Shown: positions 52,167-63,252, counted from the stretch's first letter. The stretch is 64,000 bases of DNA from Arenicellales bacterium (GCA_965200715.1 OZ241374.1:1048474-1112473), one strand, 5' to 3'. Numbers and translations are program-made. The notes: generated from the sequence alone by a model not told the origin.

Positions 52167-52363
52167 GCCGTTTTCTCGATTTGCGATTTGAAAATTTCAT
52201 TTCTGATTCTATGATCGTTATATTTTGATCTCGGTTTTTATAAACATGGTACTCACAGTATGAATGATGAGGTTTTTCAGATATTTATTTGTCTGACTCG
52301 AAATAATTTGGGGCGTACATTCTCTAGCTCAGGGACGCAATTTTCCAGGAAGGATTACAGCAG

Positions 52364-55300
52364 TCATTTGATGGATTCCAATTCGGCTACGATTACGCTT
52401 AGCATGGAATAATCAACCATTGTTTCCTGTTTCAAGGAATCAGCTTTTCGCTCTAGCTCCTGAATATAGTTCAAATTATTTTTCGTCCAGACATCAAGCG
52501 CTTGCTTTGGTTTTTGGTTTTTGGAGGCTGCCAATATCGAATTTGTGATTTCGGTATGGTGTCCCCGCAAAGTGGTAAGCAGACTGAATTTTGCTCTTTC
52601 GTGCCAGATATTGTCGGATTCAATAGAGGCAATTTGTTTATGAATCCAGTCGATTGAAAGTATTTCCGAGACCGCAAAGTATATCTGGCCCGTTTCTACT
52701 ACCAACCTCTTATGGACAAGTGATAATTCAACAACATCAATACCATAACTTAGTATATCCCGGCAGGCAATATCATGGGCAAGTGGTTTCGGAAAACCAC
52801 TATAAACCAATCGATTATATATATCTTTGTATCGTTCTGTGGTGGCCTTGCTGAGAATCTTCTTTAAATTTTTGCAAAGTTCGAGATAGGGCACGGAGAA
52901 CCGATCGATCAGGGATTCGATATCTTGAGGGGTTTCGATTTTCTTTAATATCCAGTTAATCGTTCCTTCAAGTGATCGGCAGAGTCTGTTGAAGGCCTCA
53001 ATCTGTAGGGCCGCATCGACCTTGTTATCTAGATTGACGATTTTTTTACTGATTTCCTGATATTTGGAGGAATCACGTGCAACTAAGTATGCCGCACAGA
53101 TATCTTCAATGGGGCTTCCGGTTAGATCCATGACTCTTAAGTGAAACGAGGATCCCATACAGCCGACTAGATCATTAGTCAGTTGAGTAGCGATAATTTC
53201 ACGTTTCAGTCGATGATTGTGAATACTGGCTAGATTGTTTTTCTGAACGTAATCTGGAAAGTAACGTTCGATTTCCCTAAGTAAATAGAGGTTGTTTATA
53301 AACTTCAAGGGAACCAGTTTCTGATAAAGATCCATTTTACTGTAGGCAAGAACAACGGCTAGTTCGGGTCGGGTGAGATAATTTTTTGCTTCAAGGCGCT
53401 CAGTTAATTCTTCTGCTGATGGCAAAAATTCTATATCTCGATCCAGCATTCCGTCTTGTTCGAGAATACCGATGGTTCTTATGTGTTGAGGCATGAGCGC
53501 TTTTCCGCTCTGTGCCTCGATGCTGATAATCTGGGTTTGCTGATAGTTATTCGATAGAACCAGTTCTGCCACATTACTTTCCATTTTCGACAGAACGCGA
53601 TTACGTTCTTTCATAGTTAGCCGGTTATCCATGACTTCAGCATTCAAAAGTATCTTTAAATTGACCTCATGATCAGAGGTATCAACCCCTCCCGAGTTAT
53701 CAATGGCATCAGTATAAGAGCGCCCTCCCATCATGGCGAATTCTATTCTACCTAGTTGGGTTACCCCGAGATTCCCACCTTCACCAATTACCTTGCAACG
53801 GAGATCTTTAGCATCAACTCGCAAATTGTCATTATTTCGATCCTGAGCATCATAATGGGTCTCTGTCGATGCTTTTATATAGGTTCCAATTCCACCATTC
53901 CATAATAGGTCAACTTCGCATTGCAGAATTGTATGAATGAGTTCATCTGGTGAATATATTGAGACTTGTGTGCCAAGTAATTTCATTGCCTGTTGTGAGA
54001 GCGTGATCGATTTATCAGCTCTCGAATAGATTTCACCACCGAATGAAAGACATTTACGATTGTAATCAGTCCATGATGATCGAGGCAGCCTGAATAGTCT
54101 TTCTCTTTCCTGAAAGCTAGTTTCTGGATCAGGTTCTGGGTCAATCAAGATATGCTGATGGTTAAATGCAGCAACCAGACGTATTTTTTTGGACAGTAGC
54201 ATGCCGTTTCCGAACACATCTCCAGACATATCACCGATACCGACCACCGTAAAAGAATCATTTTGGATATCCTTGCCCAATTCTCGAAAATGTCTCTTGA
54301 CTGACTCCCATGCACCCCGTGCAGTGATGCCCATGCGTTTATGGTCATATCCATCAGAACCTCCGGAGGCAAAGGCATCACCCAACCAAAAGCCATAGTT
54401 ATTCGCAACTTCATTGGCAATATCTGAAAAGGTAGCTGTACCTTTGTCTGCCGCCACCACCAGATAGGGATCATCTTGATCAAGACGTCTGATATTTTCA
54501 GGTGGAATGATCTCCATGCCTGAGACATTGTCTGTTAAATCAAGCAATCCACGGATAAAGGTCTTGTAGCAGTTGATTACTTGATCTTGAACAGAATCCT
54601 GTGGTGTCTCTGACAATTTTTTGACTACAAATCCTCCTTTTGATCCGACAGGGACAATTACTGCATTTTTGACTCGTTGGGCCTTGACAAGGCCTAGTAC
54701 CTCGGTACGAAAATCCTCATATCGGTCAGACCATCGTAGCCCACCGCGTGCGACTTTTCCCCCTCGTAAGTGGACCCCCTCTACACTTGGGGAATATACG
54801 AAAATCTCATACAACGGTACAGGTTCAGGGATTCTTGGAATCAAGTTGCATTGGATCTTAAAGGAGAGATAATTTTTTTGTGTATTATTATCTTCTAATT
54901 GATAGAAGTTGGTTCTTTGTATGGCAGAGATCACATCAACCAATGCAATAATGATGCGTTCTTCATTCAGTGTGTTGACGAGATTTAGTCGTTCACGTAA
55001 TTTCGTATAGTGAAACTCTTCATTTTCATCGGTAAGGTTTGGATTTAGTCGAGCCTCAAACCAATTCCATATATCTCTGACTAGATCAGGATACCGAAGC
55101 ATGGTTTCGATGATCGACTGTTCACTATAGCGTAACCTGATTTGTTTCAAATAACGGTACAACGCACAAATCACCATGATCTCACGCCAGCTGAGACCAG
55201 CTAGTAGAGTCAATGCATTAAATCCATTATTTTCGATAGCCCCATTCCAGCACTGTACAAATAGGGTTTCAAAGTGTTTGCCATAGGTCTTGAAATCAAA

Positions 55301-57187
55301 GTTTCTCAAATCATTTCGAGCAATCTGGAAATCGAGCAATCCGAGTTGTTCCGAATTCTTTCGTTCAATTCGGTAAGGCCTTTCACGCAGAACGCGTAAC
55401 CCCATGTTTTCTAGAATAGGAAAGACATCCGAGAGAACAAGCGAAATATTCTTGCTGTATATCTTGAATGAGGCGCTTGGATTTTCAAAAGAATCAGGGG
55501 CTTGTTTTTGGGAGGGTGAAAGCATGCATCGAACTTCACCATCGACCATATTTTCATAGATGGCGATATCAGCAATTGCATTTTGGATACTGAAAGAATT
55601 TCGATAGTTTGCTGGAAATGCGTTGGCATAGGCATCAAAAAGTTTACGTGCTTCCGAGTATGGCTGTTTTTCCTTTAAGATTTCGAATAGGCTATCGTTC
55701 CAGTCTCTGGCAATATTTTGGATATCCGTTTCAATTTGTTTTTGGTCATGATACGTATCTGATTTGGGATCAATGTGTATGATGTAGTGAATACGGGTAA
55801 GAATTGAGTGCGAGAAGTACACATCGAATTCGACTTCAGTAGCCTCAAACACGACTCGCATATATTCCTGTATTTGAGCTCTTAGAGTGCTTTCGAATAA
55901 ATCCCGAGGAATATACACTAGGCAGGAGTAGAAGTGACCACAGATATTTCGGTGCAAATGCACTCGGGTCTTACGACGTTCCTGATTGAGTAAAGTCACA
56001 CCCAAGCGATACAAATCTTCTCGGTCCATCTGGAGTAGTTTGTCTCTAGGCAAGGTGGTCAATAAGGCACGCAATTCCTTGTAGCCATGTCCGTCTCGCC
56101 TCATACCTGAATGTTCCAGTATCCATTCAATCTTATCTCGGACATAGGGAATCAACATATGCCCCTGGATTTGACTGTTTCTGGACAGAAAGCCGATTAC
56201 GCAACTAATCCGAGTTTTCCCCTTGTAAGTTTTTGGGTTATGCCGGATCAAGATGCAGTCCATATAACTCGGATAATAGATTTCAGACTTGATTCTGGCT
56301 TTGGTATAGACTACTCGTCTGGGGTTAGGGTAGGATATCGGTGGTAATGCAGTGTCGATCAGATTGTTTTCCTTCCGTTCGATTGTTTTGAGATTGCCGA
56401 GTAGGGAACTTTTAACAAGCATTGGTTGATTCGAATGCTTGCGGGTGTCGAGCTCTACCTCGCAATATCCGAGGTATACAAAATTTTCCTGTTGGATCCA
56501 GTTGAGAAAATGAATCTGCTCAGATAATTCTGAATCTAGATCTTTTTTATGAAGTTTATCGATTAGATTTTTGACTTTTTCATGGATTTCTAGCCAGTCA
56601 TCGACAGAAGTACGAATCTGAACAATGACATCCAGCAAGCTATCCTTGATAGACTGGTGCTCGTCTTCGGGTGTATACTCAAACGCGCATTGGATGTAGG
56701 CTTCATTATTGGGGCTATCTTGATTCTGTACTAGGAAGCATTCTATAAATGACAGGGCTTCATTGTTTGAATTGCGCTCTACTGTGAAAATGGGATGAAG
56801 GAAACGCTCTGGAGTCTTGTGAAGAGAATTCAATTTCATCAACAGCGAGTTGACAAGAAAGGGTAAGTCATCAACAACTAACAGAAATAATGTGTATTCG
56901 GTATTTCGGTTTGAGACTTCCTCAATCTTCTTGTTGAAGGATTCAATGATGATCTCATTGGGTTTTCGGATAGTTGCGAGCTCCCGATGTTTGAGAGCAA
57001 TTTCATAGTATTCAAGTGTTCGAGAGTTGTCATAGTCTTGCGCTGACAAACGCCGAAAATAATGTCGTAAGAAGTCTTTTTCGCTACTGTCAAGAGGTTT
57101 CTTGAGCGACTGATCAAGATTTTTAAGAAAGGATTCGGTAACGTTATTTTGGATAGGTTGCATGATTTTTAATTGCGTTTTGGTCAT
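52364..57187 (-). CDS. gdhB: Large NAD-specific glutamate dehydrogenase
   Basis: About 1600 aa; GGKVARGGLRWSDR, AADKGTATFSD, GIGDMSGDVFGNG, IGEGGNLG. Confidence 0.95.
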   Translation of the reverse strand: MTKTQLKIMQPIQNNVTESFLKNLDQSLKKPLDSSEKDFLRHYFRRLSAQDYDNSRTLEYYEIALKHRELATIRKPNEIIIESFNKKIEEVSNRNTEYTLFLLVVDDLPFLVNSLLMKLNSLHKTPERFLHPIFTVERNSNNEALSFIECFLVQNQDSPNNEAYIQCAFEYTPEDEHQSIKDSLLDVIVQIRTSVDDWLEIHEKVKNLIDKLHKKDLDSELSEQIHFLNWIQQENFVYLGYCEVELDTRKHSNQPMLVKSSLLGNLKTIERKENNLIDTALPPISYPNPRRVVYTKARIKSEIYYPSYMDCILIRHNPKTYKGKTRISCVIGFLSRNSQIQGHMLIPYVRDKIEWILEHSGMRRDGHGYKELRALLTTLPRDKLLQMDREDLYRLGVTLLNQERRKTRVHLHRNICGHFYSCLVYIPRDLFESTLRAQIQEYMRVVFEATEVEFDVYFSHSILTRIHYIIHIDPKSDTYHDQKQIETDIQNIARDWNDSLFEILKEKQPYSEARKLFDAYANAFPANYRNSFSIQNAIADIAIYENMVDGEVRCMLSPSQKQAPDSFENPSASFKIYSKNISLVLSDVFPILENMGLRVLRERPYRIERKNSEQLGLLDFQIARNDLRNFDFKTYGKHFETLFVQCWNGAIENNGFNALTLLAGLSWREIMVICALYRYLKQIRLRYSEQSIIETMLRYPDLVRDIWNWFEARLNPNLTDENEEFHYTKLRERLNLVNTLNEERIIIALVDVISAIQRTNFYQLEDNNTQKNYLSFKIQCNLIPRIPEPVPLYEIFVYSPSVEGVHLRGGKVARGGLRWSDRYEDFRTEVLGLVKAQRVKNAVIVPVGSKGGFVVKKLSETPQDSVQDQVINCYKTFIRGLLDLTDNVSGMEIIPPENIRRLDQDDPYLVVAADKGTATFSDIANEVANNYGFWLGDAFASGGSDGYDHKRMGITARGAWESVKRHFRELGKDIQNDSFTVVGIGDMSGDVFGNGMLLSKKIRLVAAFNHQHILIDPEPDPETSFQERERLFRLPRSSWTDYNRKCLSFGGEIYSRADKSITLSQQAMKLLGTQVSIYSPDELIHTILQCEVDLLWNGGIGTYIKASTETHYDAQDRNNDNLRVDAKDLRCKVIGEGGNLGVTQLGRIEFAMMGGRSYTDAIDNSGGVDTSDHEVNLKILLNAEVMDNRLTMKERNRVLSKMESNVAELVLSNNYQQTQIISIEAQSGKALMPQHIRTIGILEQDGMLDRDIEFLPSAEELTERLEAKNYLTRPELAVVLAYSKMDLYQKLVPLKFINNLYLLREIERYFPDYVQKNNLASIHNHRLKREIIATQLTNDLVGCMGSSFHLRVMDLTGSPIEDICAAYLVARDSSKYQEISKKIVNLDNKVDAALQIEAFNRLCRSLEGTINWILKKIETPQDIESLIDRFSVPYLELCKNLKKILSKATTERYKDIYNRLVYSGFPKPLAHDIACRDILSYGIDVVELSLVHKRLVVETGQIYFAVSEILSIDWIHKQIASIESDNIWHERAKFSLLTTLRGHHTEITNSILAASKNQKPKQALDVWTKNNLNYIQELERKADSLKQETMVDYSMLSVIVAELESIK

Positions 57188-57994
57188 CAACAATCACTAA
57201 ATGAGAATAACTGGTTGGGTAGCTAATTCTAATCAATAGCAATATTATCAGCATATATGTTGTATTTGACAGAAATCCCTCTTTTTTTATCAAATGCAGG
57301 AAAATTTTACTTGCTAATGACGATCTATGCGGCTTGTTTGTCGGTGTGCTGGTTCTGGTGATCTTTCAATATGTTTGGGCTCGACATGTCAGAGTTACGA
57401 TCAAAAAAGCCAACCCATAGCTCTCTAGATGGACCTTTGATTCCAAACAGGCTCAGGCGGGTTCACTTCAGAAGAGTTCGAACAGTAGACAGTGCACAGA
57501 CTAGGTTGTATCATCTGGCGGATAGTGGATAATGCATCTACATCCGTCCAAGTAAAATGATGTGGCTAAAACGGGATGAATGTTCGAATCTAAACTTCCG
57601 CAACCAACGGGTATGGCTCCTGACATAAGGAGTGAAAGTTCATATGTCAACTTTTCCATCAACCTAGCATTTTTTCACGCTAAGAAGAACTCATATTTCG
57701 GATAAATGTATGATAATTTAGGCGGGGGTTTTCCGCATTGCCTTGATTGTCACGGTAAAATAGAAAACCACAAAGCGCCTTTATAGATAATTCCCTAATT
57801 TTTCGGTTATCGCATTTCTCATACTCAATATAATTTGGGAAGAAATTCTTTCGGAATTGGCCAAGAATACCTGTCTTTTACATTATAAATCGATGATTTA
57901 CAGCAATCAGAATCGTAAAGTAAATATTGTTTTGATGACAGCGACTCAACACCGCTGGGTTAAGAATTAATCATTACATTCGACTCACAATCCT

Positions 57995-58777
57995 ATGGGT
58001 ATTCTTGTATTTGATATCGAAACCATTCCTGATACGAAACTCGGAAAGCGTTTATTTGGTTTAGATGGCTTATCAGATGATGATATTGCCAAGGCAATGA
58101 TTACCAAACAAGTACAAAAGACTGGGGGCTCTGAGTTTTTGCCACTTCATCAACATCGTGTGATTGCTATTTCGGTGCTCTATCGAAAAGAGGATAAATC
58201 AATCAAGCTTTGGTCTTTAGGAAATTGCGAATCGGATGAAAAGGAGTTGGTTCAAAGATTCTTTGATGGCATTGCGAAGATGAAGCCAAATCTGGTTAGT
58301 TGGAATGGTTCCGGTTTTGATCTTCCGGTCTTGCATTATCGGTCCCTAATGCATGGCGTTAATGCATCAAGGTATTGGGAGAGAGGAGAACGAGATAACC
58401 AATTCCGATATAGCAATTACCTCAGTCGATATCACTGGCGGCATATTGACTTGATGGATGTGCTTTCGAGCTATAACCTCCGAGGTGCGGCACCATTAGA
58501 TCAAATATCACTGATGATTGGGTTGCCTGGCAAGATGGGAATGGAAGGAAAACTTGTCTGGAACACTTATCTCGAGGGAAACGTACAAGCGATCAGAAAT
58601 TATTGTGAAACCGATGTATTAAACACATACTTAATTTATCTTAAGTGGGAACTGATTTCTGGGGAGTTGAATGATCAAGAATACGCAAGTGCTCAAGATG
58701 ATGTTCGGACGCTTTTATTGCATTCAAATCGAGATCATCTTCAGGAATATCTGAAAATTTGGCAAGAAACCATATAA
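57995..58777 (+). CDS. Predicted 3'-5' exonuclease (PolB exonuclease-like)
   Basis: FDIETIPD, WNGSGFDLPVL, YCETDV (DEDDy motifs). Confidence 0.9.
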   Translation: MGILVFDIETIPDTKLGKRLFGLDGLSDDDIAKAMITKQVQKTGGSEFLPLHQHRVIAISVLYRKEDKSIKLWSLGNCESDEKELVQRFFDGIAKMKPNLVSWNGSGFDLPVLHYRSLMHGVNASRYWERGERDNQFRYSNYLSRYHWRHIDLMDVLSSYNLRGAAPLDQISLMIGLPGKMGMEGKLVWNTYLEGNVQAIRNYCETDVLNTYLIYLKWELISGELNDQEYASAQDDVRTLLLHSNRDHLQEYLKIWQETI

Positions 58778-58817
58778 GTTTGTTTGATTTATTGTTCAGT
58801 AAAACCACGCATAGTAG

Positions 58818-59342
58818 ATGAATCATAGAAAAAAAGGAATTTACATTTTACTTATTCTGGGTAGCCTAGTTGCAGGATTCTACTTCGGACAAGCAAATTT
58901 TTCTGAGCAACCCACGGCAACATTGAGTGAGATTTCTCTGCCAGATACAGAAAAACAGCTACGTTCCGGTGAAGAGTGGCTCGGTAAAATCGTTGTGATA
59001 AACCACTGGGCGACATGGTGTCCGCCATGCCGTGAAGAGATTCCCATGTTGATTACTTTCCAATCTCAAATGTCTGAAGCAAATGTTCAGGTTTTGGGAA
59101 TTGCCCATGATCTTCTTGATTCAGCCCGATTATTTTCTGCACAAGTGGGAATGAATTATCCGTCTCTGGTGGCAATAACTGGTGGGAATGAGTTACTGGC
59201 TGCACAGGGTAACTCAAGCCACGGGGCATTACCCTATACAACAATATTTAACAAACAGGGAGTTCAGGTAGACTCTAAGCTTGGCTTGTTAACTTACGAT
59301 GAACTGCTAGCATTGGTTAAACCGTATCTAGCTCTGCAATAG
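58818..59342 (+). CDS. TlpA-family thiol:disulfide oxidoreductase
   Basis: N-terminal TM, WATWCPPCREE, LPYT. Confidence 0.9.
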   Translation: MNHRKKGIYILLILGSLVAGFYFGQANFSEQPTATLSEISLPDTEKQLRSGEEWLGKIVVINHWATWCPPCREEIPMLITFQSQMSEANVQVLGIAHDLLDSARLFSAQVGMNYPSLVAITGGNELLAAQGNSSHGALPYTTIFNKQGVQVDSKLGLLTYDELLALVKPYLALQ

Positions 59343-59366
59343 TGAATGGAGCCCGGGTTCAGATAC

Positions 59367-59813
59367 TCAAGTTACTACTATTTGACTATCAACCCATCGT
59401 TGGTGCTGTGAATTAGCCAGGCTTTCTTTCTTCCAGAACGTGGCATTTGCCTTGAGGTATTCCATCATGTCATGACACCCTTTGAAGGCTTCAGCTCGGT
59501 GTGCCGACCAAGTTGCAACCAAAACAATTGGATCTTGCGGATAAATCATGCCAACTCGATGCAGTACCAACAGCTCGAGTAGTCCATATTGTTGATCCAC
59601 TTTTTCCGCATGCTCCGTTAGTAATTTCTCTGTCATCCCATGGTAATGCTCTAGTTCCAAGCATTGGATTTTATTCCCGAGGTTGAAGTCGCGCATAAAT
59701 CCGACAAAAACGGAGCATGCACCATAACTGCCCGGTTTCATTTTTGATCGAGCGGGATAATCAGAAATCTCAGACCAAGGATCGAACGCTTCTGGGCAAA
59801 TCTGGATATGCAC
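59367..59813 (-). CDS. moaE: Molybdopterin synthase catalytic subunit
   Basis: FVGFMRD, LEHYHGM, HRVG, SAHRAEAF, FWKKE. Confidence 0.93.
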   Translation of the reverse strand: MHIQICPEAFDPWSEISDYPARSKMKPGSYGACSVFVGFMRDFNLGNKIQCLELEHYHGMTEKLLTEHAEKVDQQYGLLELLVLHRVGMIYPQDPIVLVATWSAHRAEAFKGCHDMMEYLKANATFWKKESLANSQHQRWVDSQIVVT

Positions 59814-59815
59814 AA

Positions 59816-60046
59816 TTAGCCTCCGTTAACAGGCGGAAAGAAGGCGATTTCATCACCATCTCGGACAGTTTCATCAAACCCTACATATTGATGATTGATG
59901 GCACAAAGCAAATTGCTTGGAGGCTGTTTATCGGTGATTTCTTTCCAGACATCCAAGGTAGTCACCTCGCCAGATAAACGAATATTGGCAGAATCAATTC
60001 CCAAGTCCTCTCTAAGACTGGCGAAAACTTTGACAGTTATATTCAT
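59816..60046 (-). CDS. moaD: Molybdopterin synthase sulfur carrier
   Basis: FASLRE, DEIAFFPPVNGG with C-terminal GG. Confidence 0.93.
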   Translation of the reverse strand: MNITVKVFASLREDLGIDSANIRLSGEVTTLDVWKEITDKQPPSNLLCAINHQYVGFDETVRDGDEIAFFPPVNGG

Positions 60047-60138
60047 ACAATACTGGGTAGAACTGAACTTGCTGGGTAGGAGTGAACTTCTGGTAGTATA
60101 ACAACTTTCAATAATGATGACGAAGAAGAAACCATACG

Positions 60139-60657
60139 ATGAGTGAACGCAAATTTATTGCGACCAATATCGCAGTTTTGACTATCTCTGACACACGGAC
60201 AGAATACGATGACCGCTCGGGCTCTGTACTCGTAAGTCGATTGACTCAAGCAGGTCATAATCTCTACGAAAAAGCCATCGTGATGGACGACATTTACCAG
60301 ATTCGAGCGATCGTATCTACATGGATAGCAAATGCAGACATCCAGATCATTATTACATCCGGTGGAACAGGTGTTAGCGGTAGGGACGGTTCCCCAGAGG
60401 CGGTTTATCCATTATTCGACAAAACTCTTGAGGGTTTCGGAGAAATGTTTCGTGTCTTATCCTATGAAGATATTGGTACATCGACTCTTCAGTCGCGAAC
60501 GTTGGCTGGTGTCGCAAACGGAACCTATATATTTGTTCTTCCAGGATCACCGGGTGCTGTGAAATTAGCATGGAAAAAGCTGATATCCCATCAACTGGAT
60601 TATCGAACCCGACCCTGCAATTTAGTGGAGATGATGCCTAGACTGTTGGAAAAGTAA
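60139..60657 (+). CDS. moaB: Molybdenum cofactor biosynthesis protein B
   Basis: LTISDTR...DDRSG, GGTG, GFGEMFR, LPGS, PCNLV. Confidence 0.93.
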   Translation: MSERKFIATNIAVLTISDTRTEYDDRSGSVLVSRLTQAGHNLYEKAIVMDDIYQIRAIVSTWIANADIQIIITSGGTGVSGRDGSPEAVYPLFDKTLEGFGEMFRVLSYEDIGTSTLQSRTLAGVANGTYIFVLPGSPGAVKLAWKKLISHQLDYRTRPCNLVEMMPRLLEK

Positions 60658-60682
60658 GTCCGCGGCCTGACGAGAAAATTGT

Positions 60683-62188
60683 TTATTGGGTTACTTCACT
60701 CGGGAACGCCCATTCATTGTAACCTCCTTGACCTCGATACCATAATACTTGTTCGTTAGTCTTTTCCCCATGATTCCATCGAGGTTTATTGCCGAGAGCT
60801 TGTGCGTTCATGATTTTGAGACGTCGACGTTGGCTCTGGATTATTTTTTCGTATAGAAGTGTAGGATTCCATTTTTCTTGAATTTCATCAAGAAAAGAGT
60901 TTACTAGGTTTGAATTATCCGGCATACGTGCGATATTGGTTCGCTCGTTTGGATCATTGTCTAAATCATATAACATATAAGGATCTTCATTTGACCAAAT
61001 GAATTTGTAGGGCTTTCGCAGAATCATCAACATTGGCGAGATTGCACTTTCAGCAAGATACTCTGCATAGAGAGATCTGTTTAATTCAGAACCTTCGCTT
61101 ATCCACTGGGTAAGGTCTATGCCATCGAGTTTATCAATATTACTAGACCAACCAGAGCCTTCAGCAAGACCCATAAGTGTTGGCAGAAGGTCGACAAGCG
61201 AAACCGGACTGACAATTCGTTTTGCAGGTTGATTCGGTATGGCCATAAACAGGGGCACTCGAATAGATGACTCAAAAAAGTGTTTTTTGAACCACAAGCC
61301 TCTTTCGCCAAGCATATCACCGTGATCGGAAGTGAATATCACCACTGTTTCATTTGTTATGCCTGCATCGGACAGGCTCTTCAGAATTTTTCCAATTTGA
61401 TTGTCCAGAAAACTGATTGAGCCAAAATAAGCTCTTCGTGCACGGGAAATGTCTACTTCATCGAAAACGGTATTTAGTATCGAAAAATCTGCCAGTAATC
61501 GTTGTGAATGAGGGTCGTGTTCTTCTGGCTTCAGTGCTGGGACTGATAGAGGAGGAATCATTCTTTCTCTATAGATATCCCAATATTCTTTCCGACACAA
61601 ATACGGTTCATGTGGGTGGGTGAAGGAAACCTGAAGGAAGAAGGGGTCTTTGTTTTTCAACCGTCTCAGATTATCGAGATGCTTGATCGTTTCTCTTGTG
61701 ACCATTTCATCGAACTGAATTTGCACGGAGTCCTCGCATATACCTGATATCAAGACACTTCGGCTGTCGTTAGTATCTCTTTTCCCTTCGTTATTCCAGT
61801 TGGGTACCCATGAGAAATCCGCTGGGTAAATGTCAGGAGTTAATCTCTCGTTAAATCCATGGTATTGGTCGGGTCCGATAAAGTGTATTTTCCCTGATAG
61901 AGTCGTGAGATACCCAGAGTCGCGGAGGTAATGAGCATATGTTGGTATGCATGCGGGTAGTTCAGCTGCATTATCATAAACGCCGATATCAGAGCAAAGT
62001 AAACCGGTGGCCATTGAGGATCGAGATGGTGCACATAGTGGAAAGTTGCAGTATGCATTTTCAAACAAAATGGAATTTTTGACTAATTGATCAAGATTGG
62101 GTGTATGACAGACCGGGTTACCATAAGCACCGATCGATTTGGCCATGAGTTGATCAGCTTGAATCAGAAGAATGTTTGGTTTTTTCAT
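60683..62188 (-). CDS. betC: Choline sulfatase
   Basis: CAPSR formylglycine motif, YDNAAE, GKIHFIGPDQ, FTHPHEPY, SDHGDMLGERGLWFK. Confidence 0.85.
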   Translation of the reverse strand: MKKPNILLIQADQLMAKSIGAYGNPVCHTPNLDQLVKNSILFENAYCNFPLCAPSRSSMATGLLCSDIGVYDNAAELPACIPTYAHYLRDSGYLTTLSGKIHFIGPDQYHGFNERLTPDIYPADFSWVPNWNNEGKRDTNDSRSVLISGICEDSVQIQFDEMVTRETIKHLDNLRRLKNKDPFFLQVSFTHPHEPYLCRKEYWDIYRERMIPPLSVPALKPEEHDPHSQRLLADFSILNTVFDEVDISRARRAYFGSISFLDNQIGKILKSLSDAGITNETVVIFTSDHGDMLGERGLWFKKHFFESSIRVPLFMAIPNQPAKRIVSPVSLVDLLPTLMGLAEGSGWSSNIDKLDGIDLTQWISEGSELNRSLYAEYLAESAISPMLMILRKPYKFIWSNEDPYMLYDLDNDPNERTNIARMPDNSNLVNSFLDEIQEKWNPTLLYEKIIQSQRRRLKIMNAQALGNKPRWNHGEKTNEQVLWYRGQGGYNEWAFPSEVTQ

Positions 62189-62457
62189 GGTTATGATCTG
62201 TAAAAGTAAAGAAAGAAACAACAATTTGCATCATTGTTGACATGATCTGGCATTTTTTTAGTCAATCAATAACCAGAAAAATGACATGGGCTAATTATCC
62301 GTTTTTTGGTATCTATCAGGGGTAAAATATTTTCGTTCGGGTCAAACAATCGTAAGTTTTGACCCGATTCAGTTCCACATTTACCAGTGGATTAAAATAT
62401 GCACAGACCAATGCTTACTCCCATGATCATATTCTTTTACCATTTGATGAAGATTTG

Positions 62458-62895
62458 ATGAAAATTCTGTTTCTATTGTTTTTGCTTATACCGTTAGTTG
62501 AGATTTATTTTCTTATACAAATCGGCTCTCTGATTGGTTCACCCTTGACTATTATCTTGGTCGTATTGACGGCATTGATTGGAATCATGCTCGTTAAAGC
62601 ACAAGGAATAATTACCTTGAATCGAATCCAGGAACGTCTGGACAGTCGAACAGTACCGGGCCTTGAAATTATGGAAGGCTTTGCTTTATTCCTTGCAGGA
62701 GCGTTGCTGTTGACCCCTGGTTTTGTTACCGATGCAGTTGGATTTATCTGTCTCACACCAGCGCTCAGAAGATGGATTATTTTTCGCTTATTCCGAGGAA
62801 TATCAGTTTCGGGTAATGAAGATCATCAAAAGCAAACCAGGCACCCAAATGGCCATTCACGAGTGATTGATGGTGAATATCGAGAAATCGACTAA
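62458..62895 (+). CDS. fxsA: FxsA family membrane protein
   Basis: IPLVEIY...LLLTPGFVTD...VIDGEY; upstream of groES. Confidence 0.9.
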   Translation: MKILFLLFLLIPLVEIYFLIQIGSLIGSPLTIILVVLTALIGIMLVKAQGIITLNRIQERLDSRTVPGLEIMEGFALFLAGALLLTPGFVTDAVGFICLTPALRRWIIFRLFRGISVSGNEDHQKQTRHPNGHSRVIDGEYREID

Positions 62896-63098
62896 CACAC
62901 TGATATTGTTCATAACATTTAACAACTCACTCTTAACCCAGATTTAACTGTAAGAGAAAACTTTGAATTGTCGGTCATCAAAATATAAAAACCAATAAAT
63001 TCAGCTGATACTGGTTAATCCTTTCTCGTTATATGGATGATCTGGAGTTTGTACAGACTGGCTCCGATAAAAAAATTCAAAAAATTGTCTTTTGACTA

Positions 63099-63126
63099 CT
63101 TGAAATCTGTCGGACAAACACCACAA
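63099..63126 (+). promoter_or_regulatory. Putative sigma32 promoter
   Basis: CTTGAAA (63099-63105), 13-bp spacer, CACCACAA as an imperfect CCCCAT-like -10. Confidence 0.55.
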
Positions 63127-63153
63127 TTAGCACTCGCTCGTTGTGAGTGCTAA
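63127..63153 (+). promoter_or_regulatory. CIRCE element (HrcA operator)
   Basis: Perfect TTAGCACTC-N9-GAGTGCTAA about 100 bp upstream of groES. Confidence 0.97.
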
Positions 63154-63252
63154 CAGAAACCGATTGGAGTTCTTCTGTTTGTCTGCACTGAGTGAAATTA
63201 GTTCTATCCCTAAATTTTAATTTAACGATTCGTAAACAGGAGATTTGATCAA

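Noticed and set aside
60047-60138. Moco riboswitch between moaD and moaB
   Set aside because: The gap is only about 92 bp and shows no recognisable structure
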